From NCBI GenBank assembly GCA_040380205.1, contig JBEIJM010000002.1:2336-66335 (forward strand): DNA of 64,000 bases, read 5' to 3'. The stretch comes from Gemmatimonadaceae bacterium. Lineage in GTDB: Bacteria; Gemmatimonadota; Gemmatimonadetes; Gemmatimonadales; Gemmatimonadaceae. The number at the start of each line of letters is the position of its first letter. The stretch's first letter is position 1. Below are positions 1 to 9,417 of this stretch, in pieces. The notes beneath the pieces were generated by a model. The model was not told where the DNA came from and made no database searches. It was given only the letters and a program-made list of their open reading frames with translations. Position numbers and translations under genes: made by a program.

Positions 1-1
1 A

Positions 2-1699
2 CGGCGGCTTCTCGTGTGGTCCGCGATCGGCGCGGGGCTGGGCGGGTCCTTGCTGGTTCCCGCCGCGGCGTCGGCGCAGTACAACCGCGCGCCCGATCCC
101 AACGCCACCCGGGTCCTGGTGGCGGTGTTCCGTTCCGGGGAGAAGGGGCTGGGGGTGCAGGCGGCGGATGCCGTGCGGTCCCGCATCAACAGCGAGTTCC
201 CCTTCAAGCAGGTGTATGTCCTCCCCAAGACGGACATCAACGCCACCCTGGAGGCGTCGGGGTTCTCCATCACGGATGCGCTCGAGCCGCACGACCAGCG
301 GGCCCTGGCGACCCTGCTGCGCGCCGACGAGTACGTGACCGGCGTCGCCACCAAGACGGCCACGGGCGTCAAGGTCGAGGCGGCGCTGGTGCTGGCGCGC
401 GACAACGCGCTGGTGCAGCCGGTGGGGACGTACGACGCGAAGAACCTGGGCGAGGCGGCCTCCCTCATCTCCAAGGAGCTCAAGGAAGCCCGCAAGCAGC
501 TGGACGCGGAGCGCAAGTGCATCAACTTCGCCCGCGAGCAGAAGTACGCCGAGGCGATCGCGGCGGCCAAGGTGGGGATCGTGGCCTACCCCAAGGCGAC
601 GCTGGCGCGCATCTGCCACGCGAACGTGCTGGTGACCCAGAAGGCGCCGGCGGCGGAGCAGCTGGCGGTGGCGCGGGAAATCGTCGACATCGACCCGCGC
701 AGCCGCCCCGGGCTGGCGATCTTGGCCCAGAGCTACCGGGAGCTCAACCAGCAGGACTCGGCCGTCGTGATGCTCACCCGCCTGCTGGCCACCGACCCGC
801 GCAACCCGCGGCTGCAGCGCGACGTGGTCGAGGCGCTGGCCGCCATGGCCAACCCCCGCATCGCGCGTCCGGTCATCGACACCGCCGTGGCGCTCAACCC
901 CGGCGATCCCGACCTGCTCCGCCTGCGCTGGCTCATCCTGCTCTCCACGCGGGACTTCAAGGAGGCCTTTGCGCAGGGGGATGAGCTGGTGAAGCTGGAT
1001 ACCGCGTTCGCGGATACCACCTACTTCATCCGCACCGTGGCGGCCCACGCGGCCGACAGCAACTTCGCCAAGGCGGCCGACGTCAGCGCCGAGGGGCTCG
1101 CCAAGTTCCCCGGCCACCCGGGGCTCACTTTCTCGCAGATCGTGGCGCTGCGGCAGGCCGGCAAGCCCGAGGCCTCGCTCGAGGCGCTTGGCAAGGCGAC
1201 CGCCGCCAAGATCCCGGTGGAGAACGGGAGCTTCCTGCGCGTCTCGCTCCTGAAGGACCTGGGGCGCAGCGCGGAGATCGTGAGCGTGGCCCGCGAGCTC
1301 ATCGCCGGCGGTGACACCAGCACGACGCTGCGGCAGATGGTGCTGGGCGTGGGCAACGAGCAGCGCACGGCGGCCACCAAGTCCAACAGCCCCGACGACT
1401 ACAAGCTCGCCATCGGCACCCTGCTGTACGCGGACTCCATCACCACCGGGGCGTCCAAGGCGCAGTCGCAGTTCCTGCTGGGGGTGACCTACGTCACCTT
1501 CGGCCAGCTCAAGCTGGCCGAGGCGCAGGCCAACAAGGCGTGCGCGCCGGCCAAGGAGGCCAAGGACATGTTCGTCGAGGCGCAGATCATGCTCCCCAAG
1601 GGCGGCTCGTTCGCCCCGGATGCCATGCGCGCCGCCATGTCCGGGGTGATGCAGCTCGATCCCGCGGCCGACCAGATGATCAAGGCGTTCTGCAAGTAA
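2..1699 (+). CDS. Exported TPR-repeat protein with an N-terminal alpha/beta (CsgG/TolB_N/LpoB-like) domain; probably 5'-truncated by the window
   Basis: Frame is open from position 2 (RRLLVWSAIG...). Hydrophobic signal peptide ending ASA|Q, then helical TPR-like repeats (LLATDPRNP, AVALNPGDP, LAKFPGHP). Strongly C/G-ending codons. Confidence 0.75.
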   Translation, partial: RRLLVWSAIGAGLGGSLLVPAAASAQYNRAPDPNATRVLVAVFRSGEKGLGVQAADAVRSRINSEFPFKQVYVLPKTDINATLEASGFSITDALEPHDQRALATLLRADEYVTGVATKTATGVKVEAALVLARDNALVQPVGTYDAKNLGEAASLISKELKEARKQLDAERKCINFAREQKYAEAIAAAKVGIVAYPKATLARICHANVLVTQKAPAAEQLAVAREIVDIDPRSRPGLAILAQSYRELNQQDSAVVMLTRLLATDPRNPRLQRDVVEALAAMANPRIARPVIDTAVALNPGDPDLLRLRWLILLSTRDFKEAFAQGDELVKLDTAFADTTYFIRTVAAHAADSNFAKAADVSAEGLAKFPGHPGLTFSQIVALRQAGKPEASLEALGKATAAKIPVENGSFLRVSLLKDLGRSAEIVSVARELIAGGDTSTTLRQMVLGVGNEQRTAATKSNSPDDYKLAIGTLLYADSITTGASKAQSQFLLGVTYVTFGQLKLAEAQANKACAPAKEAKDMFVEAQIMLPKGGSFAPDAMRAAMSGVMQLDPAADQMIKAFCK

Positions 1700-1713
1700 C
1701 GCCCCCCGTGCCT

Positions 1714-1759
1714 CGCGGGCCCGCCGTCCTCCGGGATGGCGGGCCCGCGCTGTTTTTCT
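1714..1759 (+). terminator. Intrinsic terminator
   Basis: 16-bp stem CGCGGGCCCGCCGTCC / GGATGGCGGGCCCGCG (one G-U pair), loop TCCG, followed by CTGTTTTTCT, just after the TPR gene stop. Confidence 0.85.
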
Positions 1760-1833
1760 GGCCGCGCCCTCCGGGGTGGTCACATTCGTGCGCGTCGGGA
1801 ATTCATGCACAGACGCGTGGCCGCCGGTCGCGC

Positions 1834-1863
1834 TTGACGCTTCCCGCCAGGCCCCGCTAACAT
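1834..1863 (+). promoter_or_regulatory. Sigma70-like promoter of the dcw cluster
   Basis: TTGACG-N18-TAACAT between the terminator and rsmH. Confidence 0.55.
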
Positions 1864-1893
1864 GACCCGCCCGTTCACCCCCGCCTCCTCCGC

Positions 1894-2850
1894 GTGAGCC
1901 CGGTCCGACCTGCTCAACCCGGGCGCTCTGGCGCCTACCACGTCCCCGTCCTGCTGGCCGAAGTCGAGGCGCTGCTGGCCGGTGCCACCTCGGTGCTGGA
2001 CTGCACCCTCGGTGGGGGAGGCCACTCGGCCGCCCTGCTGGCGGGCGGGGCGCGCGTCACCGCCGTCGATCGGGATCCGCGTGCGCTGGCCGCCGCCCGC
2101 GAACGGCTGGACGCGGCGGAACGCGCCGGTCAGTTTCGGGCGCTCCTGGGCAACTACGCGGACATTGCCGGTGCCGGGGTGGGAGACGCCGAGCGCTTCG
2201 ACGGCATCCTGCTGGATTTGGGGGTCTCCTCGCATCAGTTCGACGACCTGCAGCGGGGGTTCACCTTTCGCGAGGGGGCGCCGCTGGACATGCGGATGGG
2301 TGCCGATGCCGAGCAGGATGCCGCCGAGCTGCTGAACAGCATCGAAGAGGTGGACCTCTCCGCGCTCCTGCGCGCCTACGCCGACGAACCCCGGGCGGCT
2401 CGGCTGGCCCGCGAGATCGTGCGGCGGCGCGCCACCCGGCCGTTCGTCACGGCCGACGACCTCGTGGGCGCCATCCGGGCCGTGCTCGGGCCGCGCAGTG
2501 GCGCCCCGGATTTCGCGCGCATCTTCCAGGCGGTGCGCATCGCGGTCAATGATGAGCTGGCCGGGCTCCAGCGGGCGCTTCCGGCCCTGCGGGATCGCCT
2601 GACCCCCGGCGGGGTGCTGGCGGTCATCAGCTATCACTCCGGCGAGGATCGCCTCGTCAAGCAGGCGTTCCGCGAATGGAGCGCCGTGTGTACCTGTCCG
2701 CCGCGGCAGGTCATCTGCACCTGCCGCGGTGTGCCCCTCGGGGAGACGCTCACGCGCCGGTCGGTCACGGCTGCCGAGACGGAGGTGGCCACCAATGCGC
2801 GGGCCCGCAGCGCCCGGCTCCGGGGCTGGAAGCGGGGCGGCGACCGGTGA
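1894..2850 (+). CDS. rsmH: 16S rRNA m4C1402 methyltransferase RsmH (MraW)
   Basis: YHVPVLL, DCTLGGGGHS, DLGVSSHQFD, PLDMRM, FQAVRIAVNDEL, ISYHSGEDR, NARARSARLR. Confidence 0.97.
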   Translation: MSPVRPAQPGRSGAYHVPVLLAEVEALLAGATSVLDCTLGGGGHSAALLAGGARVTAVDRDPRALAAARERLDAAERAGQFRALLGNYADIAGAGVGDAERFDGILLDLGVSSHQFDDLQRGFTFREGAPLDMRMGADAEQDAAELLNSIEEVDLSALLRAYADEPRAARLAREIVRRRATRPFVTADDLVGAIRAVLGPRSGAPDFARIFQAVRIAVNDELAGLQRALPALRDRLTPGGVLAVISYHSGEDRLVKQAFREWSAVCTCPPRQVICTCRGVPLGETLTRRSVTAAETEVATNARARSARLRGWKRGGDR

Positions 2851-3176
2851 TGGCCACCGCGCGCCGTCGTGGCAAGGCGCGGCTGCGCGGGCGCACCGTG
2901 CTGCTCGTGGGGCTCGCGCTGTTCCTCGGCGCGTCGTCGGCGGCGCTGTGGCGGCGCGTGCGCGGCGTGACGGCGGTGCGGGACATGCGCACCCTCGAGG
3001 ACCGGCTGCGCGCGTTGCGCACCGAGGTGGTGACGTTGCGACGGGAGTTGCGCACCGCGGAACGCGCCGTCCCCGCCGAGGCGGAGCGCCGGCTGGGGAT
3101 GCATGTGGCCGGGGAGTTGGAAACGCGTTTCCTGGATGTGACGGCGGCGGCGGCGCGCGATCGGGAGGCGCCGTGA
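2850..3176 (+). CDS. ftsL: Cell division protein FtsL-like
   Basis: ATG overlaps the rsmH stop (TGATG). Basic N-terminus, one TM helix, coiled coil, AERRLGM motif, canonical position between rsmH and ftsI. Confidence 0.75.
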   Translation: MATARRRGKARLRGRTVLLVGLALFLGASSAALWRRVRGVTAVRDMRTLEDRLRALRTEVVTLRRELRTAERAVPAEAERRLGMHVAGELETRFLDVTAAAARDREAP

Positions 3177-5323
3177 TGCCGGGCCCCGCGGCGAACACCG
3201 CTGCGCCACTCCTGCGTCCCGGTCGACGCGGCGCCATCCTGGCGGGGCTGCTGGTCGCCACGGTGGGGGTCATCGCGCGCGCGGCGCAGTTGCAGCTGCT
3301 GGAGCACGACCAGTGGAGCCAGGTGGCCAGGCGTCAGTACGTGCGGGAGCGGGAAGTCCGTCCGGCCCGAGGGGCCATCGAGGACGCGGCCGGAGGCGTG
3401 CTGGCCCAGAGCCGGGACCTCGTGCGCCTGTCCATCGATCCACGCGCCCTCCGCCCCGGCAAGGGACGCCCGCGCGGGGCCGACGCCTCGGTGCCGGACT
3501 ATCGCACCCGGGCGCGCGAGGGTTTGGGGGCCCTCGGCGTCCAGGACGCCGTGGTGCGGCGGGTCATGGACACGCTGCAACGGCCCTTGCAGCTCCCGGG
3601 GCCATTCCTCCCCTCGGACGTCGAACGATTTGCCGGCATCCCGGGGATCCGGCGGGTCGGACTCGTACAGCGCGTCTCCACGGCCCCCGCCTCCCTGCGC
3701 GGGATGCTCGGGGCCGTCGATGCCGAGGGCACGGGCACCTCAGGGCTGGAGCTGGAGCTGGATGCATTGCTGCGTGGCACGGAGGGGGTGGACACGCTGG
3801 TGCTGGCCGGGAATGACGGCGTGGTCGCCTCCCCGGAGTTCCGGCGCGCTGAGGCGCGACCGGGGCTGACCGTGCGCCTGACCATCAACAGCGCGCTGCA
3901 GGAGATCGCCGAGCAGGCGTTGGAGGCGGCGATGCGGCGCACCGGGGCGGTCGGGGGGGATGTGGTGGTGCTCGACCCCGACGACGGGGCGATCCTGGTG
4001 CTGGCCGGCCTGCGGCAGGGCGCGGCGATGCGCGGCGGGACCCCCGTCTCGGATGCGTATCAGCCCGGGTCCGTGATGAAGCCGTTTCTGGTGGCGCGGC
4101 TGCTGGATGCGGGGCGGACGCACCCGGCGGAGGTCGTGAACACCGAGAACGGCCGCTGGGCCATGCCCGGGCGGCGGCAGCCGCTCACAGATGAACACAA
4201 GGCGCCGCAGATGATGGTGGCCGACATCATCCGGTTCTCCAGCAACATCGGGATCGCCAAGCTGGCCCAACGCCTGTCAGCGTCCGAGGAATACGAGGTG
4301 CTCCGGGACTTCGGCTTCGGCACCTACACCGGGGTGCCGCACCCGGCCGAATCACCGGGGCTGCTGCCGCGCCCCCCCTACACCGGGGTGCTGGCCACCC
4401 AGCTGGCCATCGGCTACGAAGTGCAGGCCACCCCGCTGCAGCTGGCGGCGGCCTACGTGGCGGTCGCCAATGGCGGGGAGCTGCTGCAGCCTGTGCTGGT
4501 GCGATCGCTGATGAACGCGGAGGGGACGCCGGTGTTCGTGCAGGGGCGCACCGTGCTGCGACGCGTGATGCGCCCCGCCACGGCGCAGGCGTTGCGCGGC
4601 ATGCTGGAGTCGGTGGTCGACAGCGGGACCTCGCAGGCGGCGGCCCTGGCCACCTTCCGCGTGGCGGGGAAGTCCGGCACGGCGCGGCGTCTCGTGAATG
4701 GCCAGTACAGCCGCAGCGAGTTCGACGCCACCTTCGCGGGGCTCTTCCCGGCAGACGATCCGCAGCTCGTGTTGGTGGCGCGTCTGGTGAGCCCCAAGGG
4801 CATCTACTACGGGGGGACGGTGGCCGGTGCCCTGGTCAACGACCTCCTCCAGCGCGCCTTGGCGTCGCGGGCGGCCGGGCTAGACTGGCAGCAGCTGGCC
4901 GCGGCGGTCCGCCTGCCCGAGCGCCCCGTGGCACGCCACGGGCGGGCCGGCGAGGCTGAGGCGACGGGGACCGCCGCCGGCGACGGGGCTGGCGCCTACC
5001 TGGAGCCGCCGACTGACACAGGGGGCGTCCGGGCCGAGGTGGCCAGCCTCGTGCCCCCGCACGAACCGATGGTGCAGGCTGCGCGCATCGTGGTGCGCCT
5101 GCCGCTGCAGCCGGTGGGGCCCGCGTCCCCGTCGCCGGGAGCCCCCTCCGAGGTCACGCCGGTTCCCCCTGTGGGGGGGCTGGATGCACGGCAGGCGACC
5201 CGCGTGCTCGCGCGGGCCGGATTTCAGGTGCGCCTGGAGCGCGGGGGCGTGGTGCGCACGCGGCCGACCACCGGGACGCTGCTGCCGTCCGGTTCGCTGA
5301 TCACCCTGGAGGTGCCACGATGA
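3176..5323 (+). CDS. ftsI: Class B penicillin-binding protein FtsI with C-terminal PASTA-like domain
   Basis: PARGAI, SGLELELD, SxxK (GSVMK), SxN (SSN), KSGT motifs. Start re-called at ATG 3176. Confidence 0.93.
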   Translation: MPGPAANTAAPLLRPGRRGAILAGLLVATVGVIARAAQLQLLEHDQWSQVARRQYVREREVRPARGAIEDAAGGVLAQSRDLVRLSIDPRALRPGKGRPRGADASVPDYRTRAREGLGALGVQDAVVRRVMDTLQRPLQLPGPFLPSDVERFAGIPGIRRVGLVQRVSTAPASLRGMLGAVDAEGTGTSGLELELDALLRGTEGVDTLVLAGNDGVVASPEFRRAEARPGLTVRLTINSALQEIAEQALEAAMRRTGAVGGDVVVLDPDDGAILVLAGLRQGAAMRGGTPVSDAYQPGSVMKPFLVARLLDAGRTHPAEVVNTENGRWAMPGRRQPLTDEHKAPQMMVADIIRFSSNIGIAKLAQRLSASEEYEVLRDFGFGTYTGVPHPAESPGLLPRPPYTGVLATQLAIGYEVQATPLQLAAAYVAVANGGELLQPVLVRSLMNAEGTPVFVQGRTVLRRVMRPATAQALRGMLESVVDSGTSQAAALATFRVAGKSGTARRLVNGQYSRSEFDATFAGLFPADDPQLVLVARLVSPKGIYYGGTVAGALVNDLLQRALASRAAGLDWQQLAAAVRLPERPVARHGRAGEAEATGTAAGDGAGAYLEPPTDTGGVRAEVASLVPPHEPMVQAARIVVRLPLQPVGPASPSPGAPSEVTPVPPVGGLDARQATRVLARAGFQVRLERGGVVRTRPTTGTLLPSGSLITLEVPR

Positions 5324-6846
5324 ACCCGACGATCTCCGTCCCGGTGGCGCGCCTGACGGCGGCGCTGGCCGACGTCGGCTTGCTGCAGGCGATCACCGCG
5401 CCACTGCCGGAGACGGTTGCCGATGTGGTGGATGACAGCCGTCGGGTTACCCCAGGCGCGGCCTTCGTGGCGGTGCGGGGCCATGCCCAGGACGGCCATC
5501 AGTGGCTGCCGGCCGCCGGGCGGCAGGGGGCGGGGATGGCCATCGTGGAAGACGCGGAGGCCGCCGTCGCTGCCGGGGTGCCGGCCGTCGTGGTCCGGGA
5601 TGGCCGGCGCGCCGCCGCCGTGGTGGCCGCGGCGTTTCACGGCTGGCCGGTCCGCGACCTCACGCTGGTGGGGGTGACGGGCACCAACGGCAAGACCACC
5701 ACCGTCGGCCTGGTGCGCCACCTGCTGGACGACCCCCACGCGCCGGCCGCGTCCATCGGGACGCTGGGGGTGGTGGTGGGGAGCCCGGGCGTCCCGTGGC
5801 CGGGCGGGCAGGGGCTCACCACCCCTGGGCCCGTGGAGCTGCAGCGGGTGCTGCGGCAGCTGGCGGATGCAGGCGTGCGCGCCGTGGCGATGGAGGTGTC
5901 CTCCCACGCGCTCGACCAGCGCCGGGTGGAAGGGCTGGCGTTTGCCGTGGTCGCGTTCACCAACCTCACGCGCGACCACCTGGATTACCACGGCACGATG
6001 GAGGCGTACCGCGACGCCAAGCTCCGGCTCCTGGCACACACGGCCCCCTCGGGACGCGTGCTCCTCAACGCCGACGACCCGACGTGGGATGCGGTGCGCG
6101 CGCCCGGCGCGTGGCGCTTTGGCGAGCGGGCCGGGGTGGAGGTGCGGGCCGAGGCCGTGGCGTTTACCGCCGACGGCTGCCGCTTCGTGCTGCACGGGCC
6201 AGGGGCGTCGGCTCCAGTGGCCCTGCCGCTGCTGGGCGCCTTCAACGTGGCCAATGCGCTGGCGGCGGCCGGCGTGGCGCTGGCCCTGGGGCGCTCGGTC
6301 CCCGAGGTGGCCGCCCGCCTGGCCTCGGCGCCGCAGGTCCCGGGCCGACTGGAGCGCATTCATTCCGCGCCCACGGTGTTGCGCGACTACGCCCACACCC
6401 CCGATGCGCTGGAGCGGGCACTGCTGGCCGTGCGTCCCTTCGCCCACGACGGGGGCGGTCGCGTCGTCGTGGTCTTCGGGTGCGGGGGCGATCGCGACCG
6501 CGGCAAGCGGCCGGAAATGGGGCGTCTGGCCGAAGCGCTGGCGGACGTGGTGGTGCTCACCAGCGACAACCCCCGCACCGAGGACCCCGAGCGCATCCTG
6601 GACGACATCGCCGTCGCGATGACCCCGGGGCGCTATCTCCGGGAGGTGGATCGGCGCGAGGCGATCGGGCTGGCGCTGACGCTGGCCACCCCCCGGGACG
6701 TGGTGCTGCTGGCCGGCAAGGGGCACGAGACCTACCAGATTCGCGGCACCACCCACTATCCGTTCGATGAACGCGTCATCGTGGCGGAGCTGACGGCCGC
6801 CGCGCCCGCATCGGTCACCCCCACGCCTCCCTCCACCCCTTCCTGA
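5320..6846 (+). CDS. murE: UDP-MurNAc-tripeptide synthetase MurE (DNPR motif, meso-DAP type)
   Basis: GVTGTNGKTT, MEVSSHALDQ, NLTRDHLDYH, DYAHTPDAL, GCGGDRD, SDNPR, AGKGHE. Confidence 0.97.
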   Translation: MNPTISVPVARLTAALADVGLLQAITAPLPETVADVVDDSRRVTPGAAFVAVRGHAQDGHQWLPAAGRQGAGMAIVEDAEAAVAAGVPAVVVRDGRRAAAVVAAAFHGWPVRDLTLVGVTGTNGKTTTVGLVRHLLDDPHAPAASIGTLGVVVGSPGVPWPGGQGLTTPGPVELQRVLRQLADAGVRAVAMEVSSHALDQRRVEGLAFAVVAFTNLTRDHLDYHGTMEAYRDAKLRLLAHTAPSGRVLLNADDPTWDAVRAPGAWRFGERAGVEVRAEAVAFTADGCRFVLHGPGASAPVALPLLGAFNVANALAAAGVALALGRSVPEVAARLASAPQVPGRLERIHSAPTVLRDYAHTPDALERALLAVRPFAHDGGGRVVVVFGCGGDRDRGKRPEMGRLAEALADVVVLTSDNPRTEDPERILDDIAVAMTPGRYLREVDRREAIGLALTLATPRDVVLLAGKGHETYQIRGTTHYPFDERVIVAELTAAAPASVTPTPPSTPS

Positions 6847-8267
6847 TGCGCCTTGCCGGCACGGCGGTCCCCGCCACCCCCCAGGTGCGCGCCCCGCATC
6901 CGCACCCGTTCTGGACCCTCGACCGGGTGGCTCGCGCCGTGGGCACCGGGCCGCGCGGGACGCTACCCTTGGCGGGGGTAGGCACGGATACGCGCACTCT
7001 CGCGCCCGGCATGCTGTTCGTGGCCCTGCGTGGTGACCGCCACGATGCCCATGCCCACCTGGCCGATGCGCGGGACGCCGGGGCCGCGGCCCTCGTGGTC
7101 GAGCGCCCCGAGGCGGCGGGATTGGGGCTGCCGACCTATGTGGTGCCCGACACGCGGGTGGCCCTCGGCCGTTTGGCCACGGCCTGGCGCCGCGCGTGGG
7201 GGGGCACGGTGGTGGCGGTGGCCGGGTCCAATGGCAAGACCAGCACCAAGGAGCTGCTGGCCGCCGCGCTGGGGAGCACGCTGGCGGTGCACGCCACGGC
7301 CGGCAACCTCAACAACGACGTCGGGGTACCGCTCACCCTCCTGGCCATCCCGGCGGCGGCACAGGTGGCCGTGGTAGAGATCGGCACCAACGCCCCCGGC
7401 GAGGTGGCGACGCTGCGCGCCATGGCGGAGCCGGACATCGCCGTCCTCACCTCCATCGGCGAGGAACACCTGGAGGGGCTGGGCGACGTGGCCGGGGTGC
7501 TGCGCGAGGAGGGCGCCGTGTTTGGAGGGACCTCGCTGGCCGTGGTGCCGGCGGCCCACCCCGAGGTGCTCCCGCTGGCCACCGCCCAGGCGGGCGCCGT
7601 GGTCATCGCCGGGCTGGAGCCGGCCCCCCCCGCACCGGGTCGCGCCACCCCCGTGGTCCCCGACACCTGGGGGCTGGATGACGAAGGGCGCCCGTGGCTC
7701 GAGTGGCGCGGCGTCCGCGTCCAGCTGCCGGTGCGCGGGGCGCACCAGGGGGCCAATGCCATGCTGGCGTGGGCGGTGGCCGAGGCCGTCGGGGTGCCCT
7801 TGGCGCGGGCGGCCGCGGCCATGGCGTCCATGCCCGTGCCGCCCATGCGCGGCACCTGGGACTCCCTGGGGCGCGCGGTGGTCATCAACGACGCGTACAA
7901 CGCCAACCCGCCGTCCATGAAGGCGGCGCTGGCGTTGCTGGACGCGCTCGATCCCGCACGCCAGCGGGTGGCCGTGCTGGGGGGCATGCGGGAACTCGGC
8001 GGGCACGCCGACGCCTTGCATCGCGAGGTGGCGGCCGCTGCCCTCGCCACCTCGCTGCCACTCATCGCCGGGATCGGCGAGCTGGGGGTCGCCCTCGACG
8101 CGTTGGCCCCGGGCGATCCGCGGGTGGTCACCGGGCAGGATGTCGACGACTTGTGGCCGCGCCTGCGGCCGCGCCTGGCCCCCGAGGCCATCCTTCTGCT
8201 CAAGGCCTCCCGCGGGGTGCGCCTGGAGCGACTCCTCCCTCTGCTCGCCGACTGGGCGGCTTCCTAA
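6846..8267 (+). CDS. murF: UDP-MurNAc-pentapeptide synthetase MurF
   Basis: GSNGKTSTKE, NLNNDVGVP, NDAYNANP, LLKASRG. Confidence 0.96.
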   Translation: MRLAGTAVPATPQVRAPHPHPFWTLDRVARAVGTGPRGTLPLAGVGTDTRTLAPGMLFVALRGDRHDAHAHLADARDAGAAALVVERPEAAGLGLPTYVVPDTRVALGRLATAWRRAWGGTVVAVAGSNGKTSTKELLAAALGSTLAVHATAGNLNNDVGVPLTLLAIPAAAQVAVVEIGTNAPGEVATLRAMAEPDIAVLTSIGEEHLEGLGDVAGVLREEGAVFGGTSLAVVPAAHPEVLPLATAQAGAVVIAGLEPAPPAPGRATPVVPDTWGLDDEGRPWLEWRGVRVQLPVRGAHQGANAMLAWAVAEAVGVPLARAAAAMASMPVPPMRGTWDSLGRAVVINDAYNANPPSMKAALALLDALDPARQRVAVLGGMRELGGHADALHREVAAAALATSLPLIAGIGELGVALDALAPGDPRVVTGQDVDDLWPRLRPRLAPEAILLLKASRGVRLERLLPLLADWAAS

Positions 8268-9410
8268 GTGCTGTATCACCTGCTGCAGCCGCTGGCGCCC
8301 GATGTGCGCCTGTTCAACCTGCTCAACTACATCACCTTCCGGTCGGCCGCCGCCTTCGTGACGGCGTTGCTGCTGGTGTTCGTGCTGGGGCCCGTCCTCA
8401 TTCGCCGCCTGTCGGCGATGGCCGTGCACCAGGTGGTCCGCGCCGGCGTCCCCGACACGCACCAGGGGAAGGGGCGCACCCCCACCATGGGCGGGCTGCT
8501 GATCCTCGTGGCCACGCTGGGCCCCGTCGCGCTCTGGGCGCGACTCGACAACCGCTACGTGCTGTACGCCAGCGTGGTGATGCTCTGGATGGGGGCCATC
8601 GGCTTCCTCGACGATTACCTCAAGCTCCGGCAGAAGCGCCTGGGGCTCAAGAACGAGGGGTTGGTGGAACGCTACAAGCTGGCGGGGCAGGTGACCTGCG
8701 GGATCGGGCTGGCCGCGCTGCTGCTGGTGGCGCCCCTCAACGGCCTCCCCGCCGCCTCCACCACGCTGCCGTTCTTCAAGTACATCCTCGTGGCACCCGC
8801 CGCTGCCTGGGCCGCCTGGCTGTATGTCCCGTTCGTCACCGTGGTGCTCACCGGCACGAGCAACGCCGTCAACCTCACCGACGGGCTCGACGGCCTGGCC
8901 ACCGGGCTCTCGGCCATCGCGCTGCTCACCTTCGCCGTGTTCGCCTACGTGCTCGGACGGGTGGACACCAGCGCCTACCTGCAGGTGTTCTATCTGCGCG
9001 GCGCCGGCGAGCTGGTCGTGTTCTGCGCCGCCGCGGTGGGCGCCTGCATCGGCTTCCTCTGGTACAACGCCAATCCGGCTCAGGTGTTCATGGGGGACAC
9101 CGGCTCGCTGGCGCTGGGCGGGGCGCTGGGGGCCATCGCCATCCTCCTCAAGAGCGAGCTGCTCCTGCTGCTGGTGGGGGCGGTGTTCGTGGCGGAGACG
9201 CTGTCGGTGATCATCCAGCGCACGGTGTTCAAGTGGCGCCGTCGCCGGCACGGCCTGGCGCACGCGCAGGCGCATCGCGTGTTCAAGCGCGCCCCGCTGC
9301 ATCACCACTTCGAGCTCAGCGGCTGGCCCGAGGGGCAGGTGGTGGTCCGCTTCTGGATCATCGGCATCCTGTGCGCCATCATGGCGCTCAGCACCCTCAA
9401 GCTGCGCTAG
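8268..9410 (+). CDS. mraY: Phospho-N-acetylmuramoyl-pentapeptide transferase MraY
   Basis: TPTMGG, GFLDDY, NAVNLTDGLDGL, FMGDTGSLALG, APLHHHFE. Confidence 0.98.
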   Translation: MLYHLLQPLAPDVRLFNLLNYITFRSAAAFVTALLLVFVLGPVLIRRLSAMAVHQVVRAGVPDTHQGKGRTPTMGGLLILVATLGPVALWARLDNRYVLYASVVMLWMGAIGFLDDYLKLRQKRLGLKNEGLVERYKLAGQVTCGIGLAALLLVAPLNGLPAASTTLPFFKYILVAPAAAWAAWLYVPFVTVVLTGTSNAVNLTDGLDGLATGLSAIALLTFAVFAYVLGRVDTSAYLQVFYLRGAGELVVFCAAAVGACIGFLWYNANPAQVFMGDTGSLALGGALGAIAILLKSELLLLLVGAVFVAETLSVIIQRTVFKWRRRRHGLAHAQAHRVFKRAPLHHHFELSGWPEGQVVVRFWIIGILCAIMALSTLKLR

Positions 9411-9417
9411 GCGCGCC

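Noticed and set aside
1862-1897. Short ORF MTRPFTPASSA* overlapping the rsmH GTG
   Set aside because: Its ATG lies inside the predicted -10 element, so it would not be on the transcript, and GTGA starts create such stops automatically.
2688-2725. CTC-x6-CTC motif in RsmH
   Set aside because: This insertion is common in RsmH proteins from many phyla.
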